Source of the DNA: an uncultured Gammaproteobacteria bacterium
GTDB lineage: Bacteria; Patescibacteriota; Microgenomatia; UBA8517
Assembly (NCBI GenBank): GCA_965231135.1
Contig: OZ246419.1
Coordinates: forward strand, 449,488 to 513,487
Direction of reading: 5' to 3'
Length of the DNA: 64,000 nucleotides
Each line of letters begins with the position of its first letter. Position 1 is the first letter of the stretch. A model generated the notes under the pieces. The model searched no databases, had not been told where the DNA came from, and saw only the letters and a program-made list of their open reading frames with translations. The position numbers and the translations under genes were made by a program. Of this stretch, positions 9,512-19,682 are shown in pieces.

Positions 9512-10610
9512 CTAGGCGTTTACAATTACATCATGATGTCCGTTTTCTTTTGCGCCGTGCGGACTAACGCGAATAAATTGGGCATTTTCCCAAAGTTGAT
9601 TTATATTCCTTGCTCCACAATAACTAAATCCAGATCTGATATTTGCAGACATCTTTTCAACTAAATCTGCCATTGGGCCTTTATATTGCACTAAACTTTC
9701 AACACCTTCGATATGTTTTGTATAATTTTTTCCGAGATCTTTTAAATTTTTAACGTGTTTTTGTTTTTCGGCAAGACTAGTTGATGCATTATATGATTTG
9801 TATTTTATTCCGTTATTAATTAACAAATTCTCCTGGCGCTTCTTCAGTTCCTGCAAACTGACTTCCAATGACAACTGCCGATGCTCCAGCTGCAAGACCT
9901 TTTACAACGTCTCCAGAATTTTTTGTTCCGCCATCACAAAGAATAGTTTTTCCAAATTTTCTTGCCGCACGTGATGCCTCAATTACTCCAGTAATTTGAG
10001 GAACTCCAACTCCTGTTTGAATTCTTGTAATGCAGATTGTCCCTGGGCCGACTCCAACTCTGGCAGAGTCAGCGCCAGCTTTAAATAGATCAGCTGCACC
10101 TTCGTATGTTCCAATTACGCCAGAAATGATGTCGATATCTTTGCCAAATTTATTTTTTAAATCTTTAGTGACTTCAAGAGTTTTTTGCATATGGCCATGA
10201 GCAACATCGATTGTAAGAATATCAACTCCTGCCTTTGCTAATTTTTCAGCTCTTTCCAGATATCCTTCTTTTATTCCAAGAGCTGCGCCAACTTGCACAT
10301 TTGCTTTTTTAACCTTTGAAACCATGTCTGATTGTTCGTCAGGGCTAAAAAATCTTGGTAAAAATCCTAAACCTCCTAATTTTCCAAGAGCAATTGCCAT
10401 TTCAACTCCGGTGACATCAGTCATATTAATACTGATAAGAGGAAGTGATAGAGTTACATGCGGAGAAATTTTAGTAGTAAGATCTACGTCAGACCGTGAT
10501 TCAATTTCTGAATATGTAGGGATTAAAAGCACATCGTCATAAGAAAGACCAAGCTTTATTTTTTTCATAGGCGCAAGAAATACTTTAAGAAAAAATAAAA
10601 TCAAAATCAA
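9512..10610 (-). pseudogene. guaB: CBS-less IMP dehydrogenase (GuaB family) interrupted by a 1-nt frameshift; pseudogene or sequencing error
   Basis: ORF 9816..10610 encodes the IMPDH barrel with catalytic loop GVGPGTICITRIQTGVGVPQ and ends ...GTEEAPGEFVN*. ORF 9512..9895, in the +1 frame, continues ...LLINNGIKYKSY...VQYKGPMADLV...SGFSYCGARNINQLW. Removing one base near 9825-9830 (A3/T3 run) restores EAPGELLINNGIKYKSY, which is colinear with E. coli [20 protein letters not shown]. Confidence 0.7.
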
Positions 10611-10657
10611 GAATTTTAATAAAATCTTAAAAATGCTAAAATATGAATTTAATAAGA

Positions 10658-10731
10658 GGTCGTGTAGCTCAGTTGGTTAGAGCATTGCATTCACATTGCA
10701 AAGGTCGCTGGTTCGAGCCCAGCCACGACCA
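10658..10731 (+). tRNA. tRNA-Val (anticodon CAC)
   Basis: Manual fold: acceptor GGTCGTG/CACGACC, D-arm GCTCAGTTGGTTAGAGC, anticodon stem TTGCA/TGCAA with loop TTCACAT, T-arm GCTGG-TTCGAGC-CCAGC, discriminator A. Confidence 0.85.
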
Positions 10732-10768
10732 CTTTATTTTTGATATAAATTGATGTATTATTCTGAAA

Positions 10769-11299
10769 ATGGTGGAAAAAACAGCTTCTCCAGAAAGTGC
10801 AGAAACATTAAAAGAAGAAATCTTATTGATAAGGAATAAAATTGTTGTAGCTAATTTAATAAATCATATTAGTGGTTTACCTATACCTTTAGAAAATAGT
10901 ACTTTAAGCAAAGTTCTACCTGAAGTTGTTGTGGTCCAGGGTAATTTGTCTGGTTTTATTCAAAGTTTAACTCCTAGGTTTAGGCAAGCTTGTGGAGGTG
11001 ATATTAATCAACAAAAAGTGATAAAAATTGCTCCTGATGGTGAGTTTGTTGATAACGACTCTATATATTTGGAAACAGATAATTTTAATGGATTGTTGGA
11101 GGATTATGCATGTGTTGTCTCTCAAGAGTTTCGTAATCTTAAAGAATTATTATGGATAGCTTATGATGGTCCGGATGCTGAAAGTGAAGAAACAGAATCA
11201 GAAATAGATAGATATATACATCAACATAGAATTGAGTTACTCAGAGGCTTTAGAGATTCTTTGGTTACTTCTTTTGAAAACTTAAAGCCGCAGAGTTGA
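10769..11299 (+). CDS. Hypothetical protein (176 aa)
   Basis: ORF with coding-like composition and no recognisable domain. Confidence 0.4.
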   Translation: MVEKTASPESAETLKEEILLIRNKIVVANLINHISGLPIPLENSTLSKVLPEVVVVQGNLSGFIQSLTPRFRQACGGDINQQKVIKIAPDGEFVDNDSIYLETDNFNGLLEDYACVVSQEFRNLKELLWIAYDGPDAESEETESEIDRYIHQHRIELLRGFRDSLVTSFENLKPQS

Positions 11300-11651
11300 T
11301 ACAATACCTTAAACCTGTTTGATCTTGCGGGCCGTCTTCAAAAACATGGCCCAAATGAGCGCAACAATTTGCACAAACTACTTCTACTCTATGCATTCCA
11401 AGAGAATCATCATTTTTTTCTATAACACTGCCTTCTTTTTTGGCCGTGTCCCAAAAACTTGGCCAACCGCTTCCTGAATCAAATTTTGTTTTGGATGAAA
11501 ATAAAGGATTGCCGCAGCGAACACAATTGTACATTCCAGTTTCATGATTATATAAATATTCACCTGTAAACGGTGGCTCGGTAGAACCTTCGCAAGTTAC
11601 AGCATATTGTTTTGCTGTTAATTTTTTCTTCCAATCTGCGTTTGTTGGCAT
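11265..11651 (-). CDS. msrB: Peptide methionine sulfoxide reductase MsrB
   Basis: SelR motifs: zinc-binding CxxC pairs ([21 protein letters not shown]) and GWPSF. Confidence 0.88.
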   Translation of the reverse strand: MPTNADWKKKLTAKQYAVTCEGSTEPPFTGEYLYNHETGMYNCVRCGNPLFSSKTKFDSGSGWPSFWDTAKKEGSVIEKNDDSLGMHRVEVVCANCCAHLGHVFEDGPQDQTGLRYCINSAALSFQKK

Positions 11652-11803
11652 AAGTATATTATAATATATTTATTACAGAAATATTTTCTAAAGTTTCAGA
11701 TATAGAAAGTGCGGTAGCAGATGCCATTACATTTTCTCTGGCAATTTCTATAAAAGATGCAACAAATAATTATACTTTTTTTGGAAATAAGAATTTAGGA
11801 GTT

Positions 11804-12208
11804 TTGGCAAAAAGATCTACAGAACAGAATTGTTTTATTAATTCTGAATTTGCTGCAATGTTTTTGGTTGATAGATATTCAAATTTATTTAAAACGTTAT
11901 TTCTAATCGAAGCAAGAGCTGACAATAATGATTCATTTAAAAAGGGAAATTGGAGATCGCATTCTGGTTTGGTCTTTGAAGATGTATTGGGAAAGTGGCA
12001 TTTTATTAGTCCTGCAAACTTTGATGACAAGAAGAAAAACAATCCTATGTTTACACATATTAGAGGTGATGATTTAAATGAATTGTTGACCAATATTACT
12101 GATTCAGAAACAAAAGAAGGATTGCAAATATGGCCTTCAGAAACAGAAATTATGACTGAGGTAAATAGTAGAAAAAATAAAGAATTTGCAAACGCATCCA
12201 AAGTATGA
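11804..12208 (+). CDS. Hypothetical protein (134 aa)
   Basis: Hydrophilic ORF with plausible codon pattern. It is preferred over the overlapping antisense ORF 11770..12201, whose Cys/Phe-rich translation is typical of a reverse-strand artefact. Confidence 0.3.
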   Translation: MAKRSTEQNCFINSEFAAMFLVDRYSNLFKTLFLIEARADNNDSFKKGNWRSHSGLVFEDVLGKWHFISPANFDDKKKNNPMFTHIRGDDLNELLTNITDSETKEGLQIWPSETEIMTEVNSRKNKEFANASKV

Positions 12209-12311
12209 GAAATCTAATAGTAATAACAAAGAATAATAAAAAAGGAAAAGAACCTTTAGTTGAAAGTACTCTTTCGAGTCTTAGTGTTATGCGATGGCAT
12301 ACTGATCCTTA

Positions 12312-14081
12312 TTAAATTGTTTGGATTAAATTTTGAATTTCTGACTGGAGAATTTGGGAAGTTTGATTGTCTATTCCTTTTGGAGTTTGAGATTTAAGAA
12401 ACTGAATTGCAGCATTTAAGGTATTTTTGGCAGCGAGTGTTTGATTAAAACTTAACGCCTTGTTTGCAGTATTTAATAGAAGTAGAGTTTCATCATAAAC
12501 ATATTGAGATTTTATTTTGTTTTGATTTTTTGCATCAAACAAATCCTGAATAATTGAATTTATTGTTAAGTTTTCATTTGTGGAATTTTTCTGGCCGATT
12601 GTGATTTGGTAATTATCTGTTTCATTGTTTCCTAAAATTCCGTTTATTTTATTTAAATTTACATTTCCATTTGCATCATAAAGATAAGAATCTAATTCAT
12701 AAATTCCGTTTCCTGAAACTTCAATTTTGTAATTTCCGTTTATTGGTTTTGGAAACATGAATATTTTTAGTGGATTTCCACTTAATGAGGAATTATTTGT
12801 ATCGTTAATTAGAGGATTTTGAATAAATGTGTCGCCCGTTATTTCATTATTATTTGTATCAAAAACTTTAATATTAAAGTTTGGATCGATTGTTAACATT
12901 ATATAACTCAAATTTGTGTGGCTTGGGGTGTAAGTTTCAAGGGATTCAAAAGTATTACCATAAGAAGTTAAATCTGGATGATTATTATATGCTGGGTCGT
13001 TTATACCAAAGCTATTTGAGGTTAGCGACTTTGCAACTATAAAATGGCCCGGTTCTTCAAGGATTGCAGGACGATTATTTGTCAGTTCGTCAGTTAAATT
13101 TTGATTTGTATTTCCCTTTCTTAAGAATTCCAGTGATGGTTGATTATTGTTTGCGTGAGTTTTTGAGTAACGAGAAATTGCAAGCCAATTTAATAAACCA
13201 GGATAAATGTAGCCATCGGTTTGGGAATTAAGCCAAGTATTTAAGTCTTCTGGGTTTATATTAAAACCATAATATTGCAAAACCATATCCGCTGATGTTA
13301 AAGCACAGCCCCAAGATTTGATTGTTGGATCAAATGGCGACCAGCTTTTGGCTGTGTCGTAAACTTTTGTTCCCCAGGGAGAAGTAAATTGTTTAATGTC
13401 TGGAACATTTAGAGATGGTAATGGATTTGAAGGGAGGTCAGAGACTGTTATGTTATCAAACCAGTCTTCGGAAGGTGCATTGGCTCCAGTTGTAATTAAT
13501 AAACCAATTTTCCCTGATAATATGGGGTTGTTTGTGTCTGTCCAATCTAAAACTGCAGATGAGGTATTATTAATAAATACTTGTATATGATTTCCATTCG
13601 CTGTTACGGTAATTTTGCTGACTACTCCTAGTGGCAATGTTGTATCATTGTTGACGGGTTCTACGTATCCACTGCTCGTGAATTTTTGTAACCAAATATG
13701 GTTTGAGTACATATGTATTCCATAAGAAACTGGTAAGTTTAAATTAAAGAGATTGACTCTTTGGTTTGTTATTCTGAAGAGAATATTTCTGTCTGTTCCT
13801 TGTAATGGTAAAAGGTCTACAGAGAATTTATAATTTGACCAACTAAAATCTCCTGTTTCAGCTTCAATTCCGGTATTTTGAGTTGTAACTGTACCTCCAA
13901 AGCGATAGCTGTTTTGTATGTTTTGAACGGACCAATTACCATTAATTATGGTCCAATTACTGTAGTTTTGATTTTCAAAATCGTCGCTGAAACTTATTGC
14001 GAAGATATTTTTTGGGGATAGAAATAGAAGTGATATAAGGGTTATTGAGGTTAAGATGAATTTTAGCTTAAACTTATTCAC
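12312..14081 (-). CDS. Secreted multi-domain protein: N-terminal LamG/DUF1080-like jelly-roll, central C39-like peptidase domain, C-terminal beta-rich domain
   Basis: Signal peptide (MNKFKLKFILTSITLISLLFLSPKNIFA). KSWGCALTSADMVLQYYGFN resembles the Peptidase_C39_2 motif. Asn-rich extracellular composition. Confidence 0.5.
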   Translation of the reverse strand: MNKFKLKFILTSITLISLLFLSPKNIFAISFSDDFENQNYSNWTIINGNWSVQNIQNSYRFGGTVTTQNTGIEAETGDFSWSNYKFSVDLLPLQGTDRNILFRITNQRVNLFNLNLPVSYGIHMYSNHIWLQKFTSSGYVEPVNNDTTLPLGVVSKITVTANGNHIQVFINNTSSAVLDWTDTNNPILSGKIGLLITTGANAPSEDWFDNITVSDLPSNPLPSLNVPDIKQFTSPWGTKVYDTAKSWSPFDPTIKSWGCALTSADMVLQYYGFNINPEDLNTWLNSQTDGYIYPGLLNWLAISRYSKTHANNNQPSLEFLRKGNTNQNLTDELTNNRPAILEEPGHFIVAKSLTSNSFGINDPAYNNHPDLTSYGNTFESLETYTPSHTNLSYIMLTIDPNFNIKVFDTNNNEITGDTFIQNPLINDTNNSSLSGNPLKIFMFPKPINGNYKIEVSGNGIYELDSYLYDANGNVNLNKINGILGNNETDNYQITIGQKNSTNENLTINSIIQDLFDAKNQNKIKSQYVYDETLLLLNTANKALSFNQTLAAKNTLNAAIQFLKSQTPKGIDNQTSQILQSEIQNLIQTI

Positions 14082-14138
14082 ATTAATTAAGTAAATAAAA
14101 CTTGAGTTTGTTTGTCAAGTGCTTATAAACTATATTCT

Positions 14139-14879
14139 ATGAATAGAAAGAACATTCATGAAAAATATCACTCTGGTGTTAAGTTGCAGAAAAGAATTAT
14201 AAGTTCTAATAACTTTACATATAGGAACACTATTTTGTTGGTGAATGAATTCTTTGCAAAAAAGTCTGAAATTTTAGATATTGGATGTGGAGTGGGAACA
14301 ATCGATTTTTATATAGTAAGCAATTATCCAAACATAAAAATAAAAGGTGTTGATATTTCTGAGAAGGCTATTGACGCTGCTGTTAAAAATTCCTCCAAAT
14401 TTGGATTTGGAGAAAATATATCATATTCGATTACCAGTTTCCCTGGGTCAGTAATTAAAGGAAAATTTGATGGTGTTTTAATTTCAGAGGTTTTAGAGCA
14501 TATTCCTAATGACAAGATTGCAGTTAATAAGATTTATTCGATGTGTGGTAATGAAAGTATTGTAATCGCATCCTCACCTTCAATCACAGCTCCTTTATAC
14601 AGGTTGGGAATGCTAAAAAACTTTGACAATAGGGTTGGTCATCTGAGGAGATATTCTGCCAAAGAATTTAAAAAACTATTCGAAAATAATGGATTTAAAA
14701 TAATAAAATTTGTCGAAACTGAAGGTATACTTAGAAACTTTCTTTTTACTAATTCCACTGCCGGAAAATTTATTAGATATATAAGAGGACCTTTTTCCGA
14801 CATTGTTACCTTTTTTGATAATTTAACAATACCTATTTTTGGTGCTTCTAATTATTATATTGTTGCACAAAAAAAATGA
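14139..14879 (+). CDS. Class I SAM-dependent methyltransferase
   Basis: Motif I ILDIGCGVGT and post-I acidic residue (GVDISEKAID). FDGVLISEVLEHIPND is the motif typical of Methyltransf_11/12. ATG at 14139 is preferred over the TTG at 14112. Confidence 0.75.
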   Translation: MNRKNIHEKYHSGVKLQKRIISSNNFTYRNTILLVNEFFAKKSEILDIGCGVGTIDFYIVSNYPNIKIKGVDISEKAIDAAVKNSSKFGFGENISYSITSFPGSVIKGKFDGVLISEVLEHIPNDKIAVNKIYSMCGNESIVIASSPSITAPLYRLGMLKNFDNRVGHLRRYSAKEFKKLFENNGFKIIKFVETEGILRNFLFTNSTAGKFIRYIRGPFSDIVTFFDNLTIPIFGASNYYIVAQKK

Positions 14880-15805
14880 AAATTATTTTCTTTTCTCACT
14901 ATTTTTATCCTCATATTGGTGGAGTTGAAAAACATGTACTCGAGCTTTCTAAAATTTTAATTAAGCAAAAACATGAAGTAACTATTATTACTGAAAAGTT
15001 TGACGATAAACTTAAAGACGAAGAAATTTATCAACGTATTAAAATTATTCGTTTTAAATATCCTAAACAAAGATATATTGGACTAATTTATATCTGGAAG
15101 TTTATTTTTGACAATCGTAAGATGATTTTTGAAGCCAATATTATTCATATACATGATGTTTTTATCTGGTATTTGCCTTTTAAATTTTTATATCCTGATA
15201 AAAAATTTTTTGTAACAATTCACGGACTTGAATGGAGTAATCCTTTTTCTCCAAGCGCTATCTGGCAGAAAAAACTTGCAGTGAAATTTGCAAAAGGCTC
15301 CATTGGAGTTGGAAAATTTTTAGAGAAATATATCGGGTGTAAATGTAATTTACTTATTTATGGAGCAGCTAATATTCCAGAAAGGAATTTTAAAAAAATG
15401 CACGAAATTACTTTTATTGGCAGACTCTCAAAAGATACTGGAATTTTGAATTTTTTAAAATATTTAAAAACTAACAGAAATATTAAAGTAAATTTTGTTG
15501 GAGATGGAGAATTAAAAGAAAAGTGCAAAAAATATGGAAAAATTTATGGATTTACTGACCCAATAAAGTTTTTGCAAAAAAGTGAATATATTGTTCCTGG
15601 AGGCTATCTTGCTTGTCTTGAAGCTTTTGTTTATAAAGCAAAAGTAAAAGTTTTTTGGGACACAAAACTCAAAGAAGATTATTGGAAAATGTCGCCAATA
15701 TATAAATTTATAGAAAATAAAGACACGGACGGCGCTTATAGATATGCAAAAGAAAATACATATCAAAATCTTGCTGGAAAATATTTGCAATTATGGCAGT
15801 CTTAA
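14876..15805 (+). CDS. Glycosyltransferase, GT1/GT4-like
   Basis: N-terminal MKIIFFSHYFYPHIGGVEKHVLELSKIL is typical of the GT4 N-domain. Overlaps the flanking genes, so it is part of the glycan operon. Confidence 0.5.
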   Translation: MKIIFFSHYFYPHIGGVEKHVLELSKILIKQKHEVTIITEKFDDKLKDEEIYQRIKIIRFKYPKQRYIGLIYIWKFIFDNRKMIFEANIIHIHDVFIWYLPFKFLYPDKKFFVTIHGLEWSNPFSPSAIWQKKLAVKFAKGSIGVGKFLEKYIGCKCNLLIYGAANIPERNFKKMHEITFIGRLSKDTGILNFLKYLKTNRNIKVNFVGDGELKEKCKKYGKIYGFTDPIKFLQKSEYIVPGGYLACLEAFVYKAKVKVFWDTKLKEDYWKMSPIYKFIENKDTDGAYRYAKENTYQNLAGKYLQLWQS

Positions 15806-16665
15806 AAGTCTCACTTTGCATTACGACATTTAATGAAGAGAAAAGTATAAAAAAACTTCTTGATTCAATAATTTTACAAACAAGAAAACCGGATGAAATT
15901 ATTTTAGTTGACGGAGGAAGCACTGATGAAACCATTAGTATTATTAATAGTTATAAAAATAAATTAAAAAATTTAAAGTTAATTGTTTATACAAGTGCGA
16001 GTATTTCAAAAGGAAGAAATTTGGCTGTTAAGAATTCTAAAAAAGAAGTTATTGCAATGACTGATGCTGGATGTGTTTGTGATAAAAATTGGCTAAAAAA
16101 TATTACAGAACCTTTTAAAAATAAGAGTACTAGCGTTGTTGCCGGATTTTATAAAATGACAGGAAAATCTAAATTTCAGCAATCTTTAAAAAAATATTTA
16201 GGAGTATTGCCGAAAAATTTTGATGATAATTTTTTACCATCAACGAGATCGATTGCTTTTCGTAAAAATATTTGGGAAAGCGTTAAAGGATTTGATGAAA
16301 AATTTGATAAAGCTGGAGAAGATACTGACTTTAATCAGAAGATTTTAAAAAATAATTTTAAAATTGTAAGAGTCAAAAAGGCAATTGTTTTTTGGGAAGT
16401 AGCCGATAATTTAAAAGATGCTTGTAAAAAGTTTTTTTATTATGCAAGAGGAGATGTGCAGTCAGGCAAATTAACGAAACATAACATAAAAGTATTAACT
16501 ATTTTTTTGAGATATTTTATTTTTATACTTATTTGTCCGTTATTTATAGTGTATTTATTTTATAGTTACTGGAAAGCAGGGCTTTGGGGAATTATAATTC
16601 AAGTATCAAGCGATTTTGCAATAATGCTTGGTTTTTTAAATGGGATATACAAAACAAATAATTAA
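15793..16665 (+). CDS. Glycosyltransferase family 2 with C-terminal TM segment
   Basis: GT2 N-terminus VSLCITTFNEEKSIKKLLDSI...DEIILVDGGSTDET and a DxD-like TDAG. Confidence 0.75.
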   Translation: MAVLKVSLCITTFNEEKSIKKLLDSIILQTRKPDEIILVDGGSTDETISIINSYKNKLKNLKLIVYTSASISKGRNLAVKNSKKEVIAMTDAGCVCDKNWLKNITEPFKNKSTSVVAGFYKMTGKSKFQQSLKKYLGVLPKNFDDNFLPSTRSIAFRKNIWESVKGFDEKFDKAGEDTDFNQKILKNNFKIVRVKKAIVFWEVADNLKDACKKFFYYARGDVQSGKLTKHNIKVLTIFLRYFIFILICPLFIVYLFYSYWKAGLWGIIIQVSSDFAIMLGFLNGIYKTNN

Positions 16666-17881
16666 AGGTTTTTCTTGGGCTGCAGTTTTAAACGCAATTG
16701 CAATGGGTATTAGCTTGATTAAAATAATACTTTTGTCTCATTTTGTCTTTGGTCCAGTCGAATTTGGAGTTTTTGGTGTAGGCGTTTTAGTACTTGGAAT
16801 TTTGGAGCTTATTACAGAAACCGGAATAAATATTTTTTTAGTTCAAGAAAGTGAACCAATTAAAACATATCTTGATACAGCTTGGGCAGTTTCAATAATG
16901 AGAGGAATTACAATTGCGCTTTTGCTTGCACTTTTTTCTTATCCGATTGCGGCCTTTTTTAAGATAACAAATAATTGGGTTTTTATTTTAGCGTTTAGTT
17001 TGGTTCCAATACTTCGTGGGTTTATAAATCCTGCTATTGCATCTTTGCAGAAAGATTTGAAATTCAGACAAGATGCAACTTACAGATTTATTGTTTCCGC
17101 AATTGAAGATATTTCAATAATATTACTTGCATTTATAACACGTAGTATTTTTGCTTTTATATTTGGAATGCTTTTTGGAGTTTTGATTGAAGTGATAATT
17201 ACATTTATTTTTGTTGAGGAAAAACCAAAATTAAATTTTAATAATTTACATTTTAAAAAAATTGTAGCCCAAGGAAAATGGGTGACACTTGCACAAATTT
17301 TTGATTATCTTTTTGAACATACTGACGATGTTGTAGTTGGCCGTCTTCTTAATGTTTTTTCGCTTGGAATCTATCAAAATTCTTATATCCTTTCCAGTTT
17401 GCCTGAGAATGCAATTGCCCAACAACTTGGGAAAATTACATTCCCAATTTATGTGCAGATGAGAGAAGATAAGCAAAGCTTGTCATTTCATGATAAAAAA
17501 AGAATTAAGAGAGCTTTTTGGAGGAGTTTCTGGTCTGTTTTTGTAATGATTACGCCGTTTGCATTAATAATGTTTTTCTTTTCTGATCCTTTGGTTAGAA
17601 TTTTGCTTGGAGAAAAATGGCTGGCTGCAATTCCAGTACTAAGGATATTAGCTCTTTTTGGGACAACGAGAGCTTTAACAAATTTATTCTATCCTGTATT
17701 TTTGGCTTTAAAAAAGCAACAATTTATTACAAATATTACTTTAATTTCCTGGATCTTTTTGGGGATTTTCATTTTTCCGTTAACAAAAATGTATGGCATC
17801 AGTGGTGCGGCAATATCTGCATTAGTTGGTTCTATTGCTGGTCTTCCTGTTGCCTATTTTTATTTTAAAAAACTTCTATGA
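16640..17881 (+). CDS. Wzx-like oligosaccharide/polysaccharide flippase (MOP superfamily)
   Basis: About 12 predicted TM helices. N-terminal pattern typical of the polysaccharide-biosynthesis flippase family. Confidence 0.65.
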   Translation: MGYTKQIIKGFSWAAVLNAIAMGISLIKIILLSHFVFGPVEFGVFGVGVLVLGILELITETGINIFLVQESEPIKTYLDTAWAVSIMRGITIALLLALFSYPIAAFFKITNNWVFILAFSLVPILRGFINPAIASLQKDLKFRQDATYRFIVSAIEDISIILLAFITRSIFAFIFGMLFGVLIEVIITFIFVEEKPKLNFNNLHFKKIVAQGKWVTLAQIFDYLFEHTDDVVVGRLLNVFSLGIYQNSYILSSLPENAIAQQLGKITFPIYVQMREDKQSLSFHDKKRIKRAFWRSFWSVFVMITPFALIMFFFSDPLVRILLGEKWLAAIPVLRILALFGTTRALTNLFYPVFLALKKQQFITNITLISWIFLGIFIFPLTKMYGISGAAISALVGSIAGLPVAYFYFKKLL

Positions 17882-18606
17882 TATCTGCGGTGGTGATTGC
17901 CAAAAATGAAGAAGGTAATATTGAGAATTGTCTTAAGAATTTGAATTTTTGTGATGAAATAATAATTATTGATGATTATTCGGCTGATAATACAGCAAAA
18001 ATTGCAAAAAATTTTACCACTAAAATTTACAAAAGACATCTAAACTATAATTTTGCTGCACAAAGAAATTATGGACTTACAAAAGCTTCCTGTGAATGGA
18101 TTTTATTTGTTGACGCCGATGAAATCGTATCAAATACTCTTAAAGCAGAAATTTTATTGAAAATCAGTCAAGAAAACATAAACGGATTTTATATAAAACG
18201 AAGAGATATTTTTTTAGATAGAGAATTAAAATTTGGAGAAACTGGAAATGTAAAACTTCTTAGACTTGCAAAAAAAGATTCAGGAAAATGGAAACGAAAA
18301 GTTCACGAATATTGGAACATAAAAGGACAGACTCAGGAACTTGGAAGTTATCTAATTCATGATAAAAAGCAAAATTTATTTGAGTTTGTGAATAAATTAA
18401 ATGATTATTCTACTTTACATGCCCAGGAAAATGAAAAAGAGAATAAAAAATCAAATATGTTTAAAATTGTTTTATATCCATTTTTAAAATTTGTAGATAA
18501 CTATTTTTTGAAACTGGGATTTTTAGATGGAATACCAGGATTTATAAATGCAACACTAATGAGTTTTCATAGTTTTTTAGCATGGAGTAAAGAATGGATT
18601 TATTAA
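17878..18606 (+). CDS. Glycosyltransferase family 2
   Basis: ISAVVIAKNEEGNIENCL...IIIIDDYSADNTAKIA...FVDADE (DxD). Confidence 0.75.
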   Translation: MISAVVIAKNEEGNIENCLKNLNFCDEIIIIDDYSADNTAKIAKNFTTKIYKRHLNYNFAAQRNYGLTKASCEWILFVDADEIVSNTLKAEILLKISQENINGFYIKRRDIFLDRELKFGETGNVKLLRLAKKDSGKWKRKVHEYWNIKGQTQELGSYLIHDKKQNLFEFVNKLNDYSTLHAQENEKENKKSNMFKIVLYPFLKFVDNYFLKLGFLDGIPGFINATLMSFHSFLAWSKEWIY

Positions 18607-19682
18607 TTTTTATTTATTTAATTTTATTTCCATTTGGAAAATTATTAGGACAGACTCAAGATTTGCTTGTTTTAATAATTTCTGTTTTTGGATTTATAAA
18701 ACACAGGAATTACAGAATTAATAACTTTGTTTTAATTTGTATTTTTTCTTTAATTTTTTCTTTATCATTTTTTAATTTGCCTCAAATCTTGAATGGTTTA
18801 TTTTATCTAATTAGATTAATTTCTTATTTTTATTTGTCTCAAATTGTTAACCTGCAATTTGGAAAAGTAGAAAGAAAGCGAAAATTAATTATTAACTCTT
18901 TAATAACTGTTGGAATTTTTATTGCCATCTTTGGATGGATACAATATTTAATTTTTCCGGACCTTCGCGCTTTAAAAACGTTGGGGTGGGATGACCATTA
19001 TTTTAGACTGGTTTCGACATTTTTGGACCCGGCGTTTACTGGAATCTTATTAGTATTGACAGAAATTTTAGTTTTAATTAAAACTGTTAAAAAGAAAACT
19101 GGATTAAATTATTTACTAAATGTCTTTTTGTTGATTACAGTTTTGTTTACATATTCCCGATCAAGTTATTTGGCGCTCTTTTTTGCTGTGTTGTTTTTAT
19201 TCTATAAATTCAGAAAGAAAGTGATATTAATTTTCCTGGCACTTTTTTTAATATTTATTCCTTTATTGCCAAGGCCTGGAGGCGAGGGAGTGAATTTGGC
19301 AAGAACATATACTGTCGTTGATAAATTTCAAAATTCTAAAACAGCGTTTAAAGTAATCAAAAAATCTCCTGTTTTTGGTATTGGCTTTGATAATATTTGT
19401 ATTGCGACTTTGAATAATACAAATATTCATTCATGCAGCGGTTTTGATAATAGTATCTTATTTATAATTGCAACAACAGGAGTTATTGGATTTGTAATTT
19501 TTTTACAAATGATTTACAAAATAATTGTAAATACAAAGTTTGACGCCTTTGGCTTTGGGCTGTTGGCAAGTTTGATTGCGATTTTTATTCATGGAATGTT
19601 TACAGAAACTTTTTTTTATAATTTTGTTCTCGGCTGGATGGCGATTTTAATTGGGGTTACAAGAAAAGAAGTTAAGGGTTGA
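18594..19682 (+). CDS. O-antigen ligase/polymerase-like membrane protein (Wzy/WaaL family)
   Basis: Multi-TM protein with YSRSSYLALFFAV resembling the Wzy_C motif. Last gene of the glycan operon. Confidence 0.55.
   Translation: MDLLIFIYLILFPFGKLLGQTQDLLVLIISVFGFIKHRNYRINNFVLICIFSLIFSLSFFNLPQILNGLFYLIRLISYFYLSQIVNLQFGKVERKRKLIINSLITVGIFIAIFGWIQYLIFPDLRALKTLGWDDHYFRLVSTFLDPAFTGILLVLTEILVLIKTVKKKTGLNYLLNVFLLITVLFTYSRSSYLALFFAVLFLFYKFRKKVILIFLALFLIFIPLLPRPGGEGVNLARTYTVVDKFQNSKTAFKVIKKSPVFGIGFDNICIATLNNTNIHSCSGFDNSILFIIATTGVIGFVIFLQMIYKIIVNTKFDAFGFGLLASLIAIFIHGMFTETFFYNFVLGWMAILIGVTRKEVKG

Noticed and set aside
11770-12201. Minus-strand 143-aa ORF overlapping plus-strand ORF 11804..12208
   Set aside because: Phe/Cys/Ser-rich translation typical of the antisense strand of an AT-rich gene. 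The plus-strand reading has better codon periodicity. Neither has a recognisable domain.
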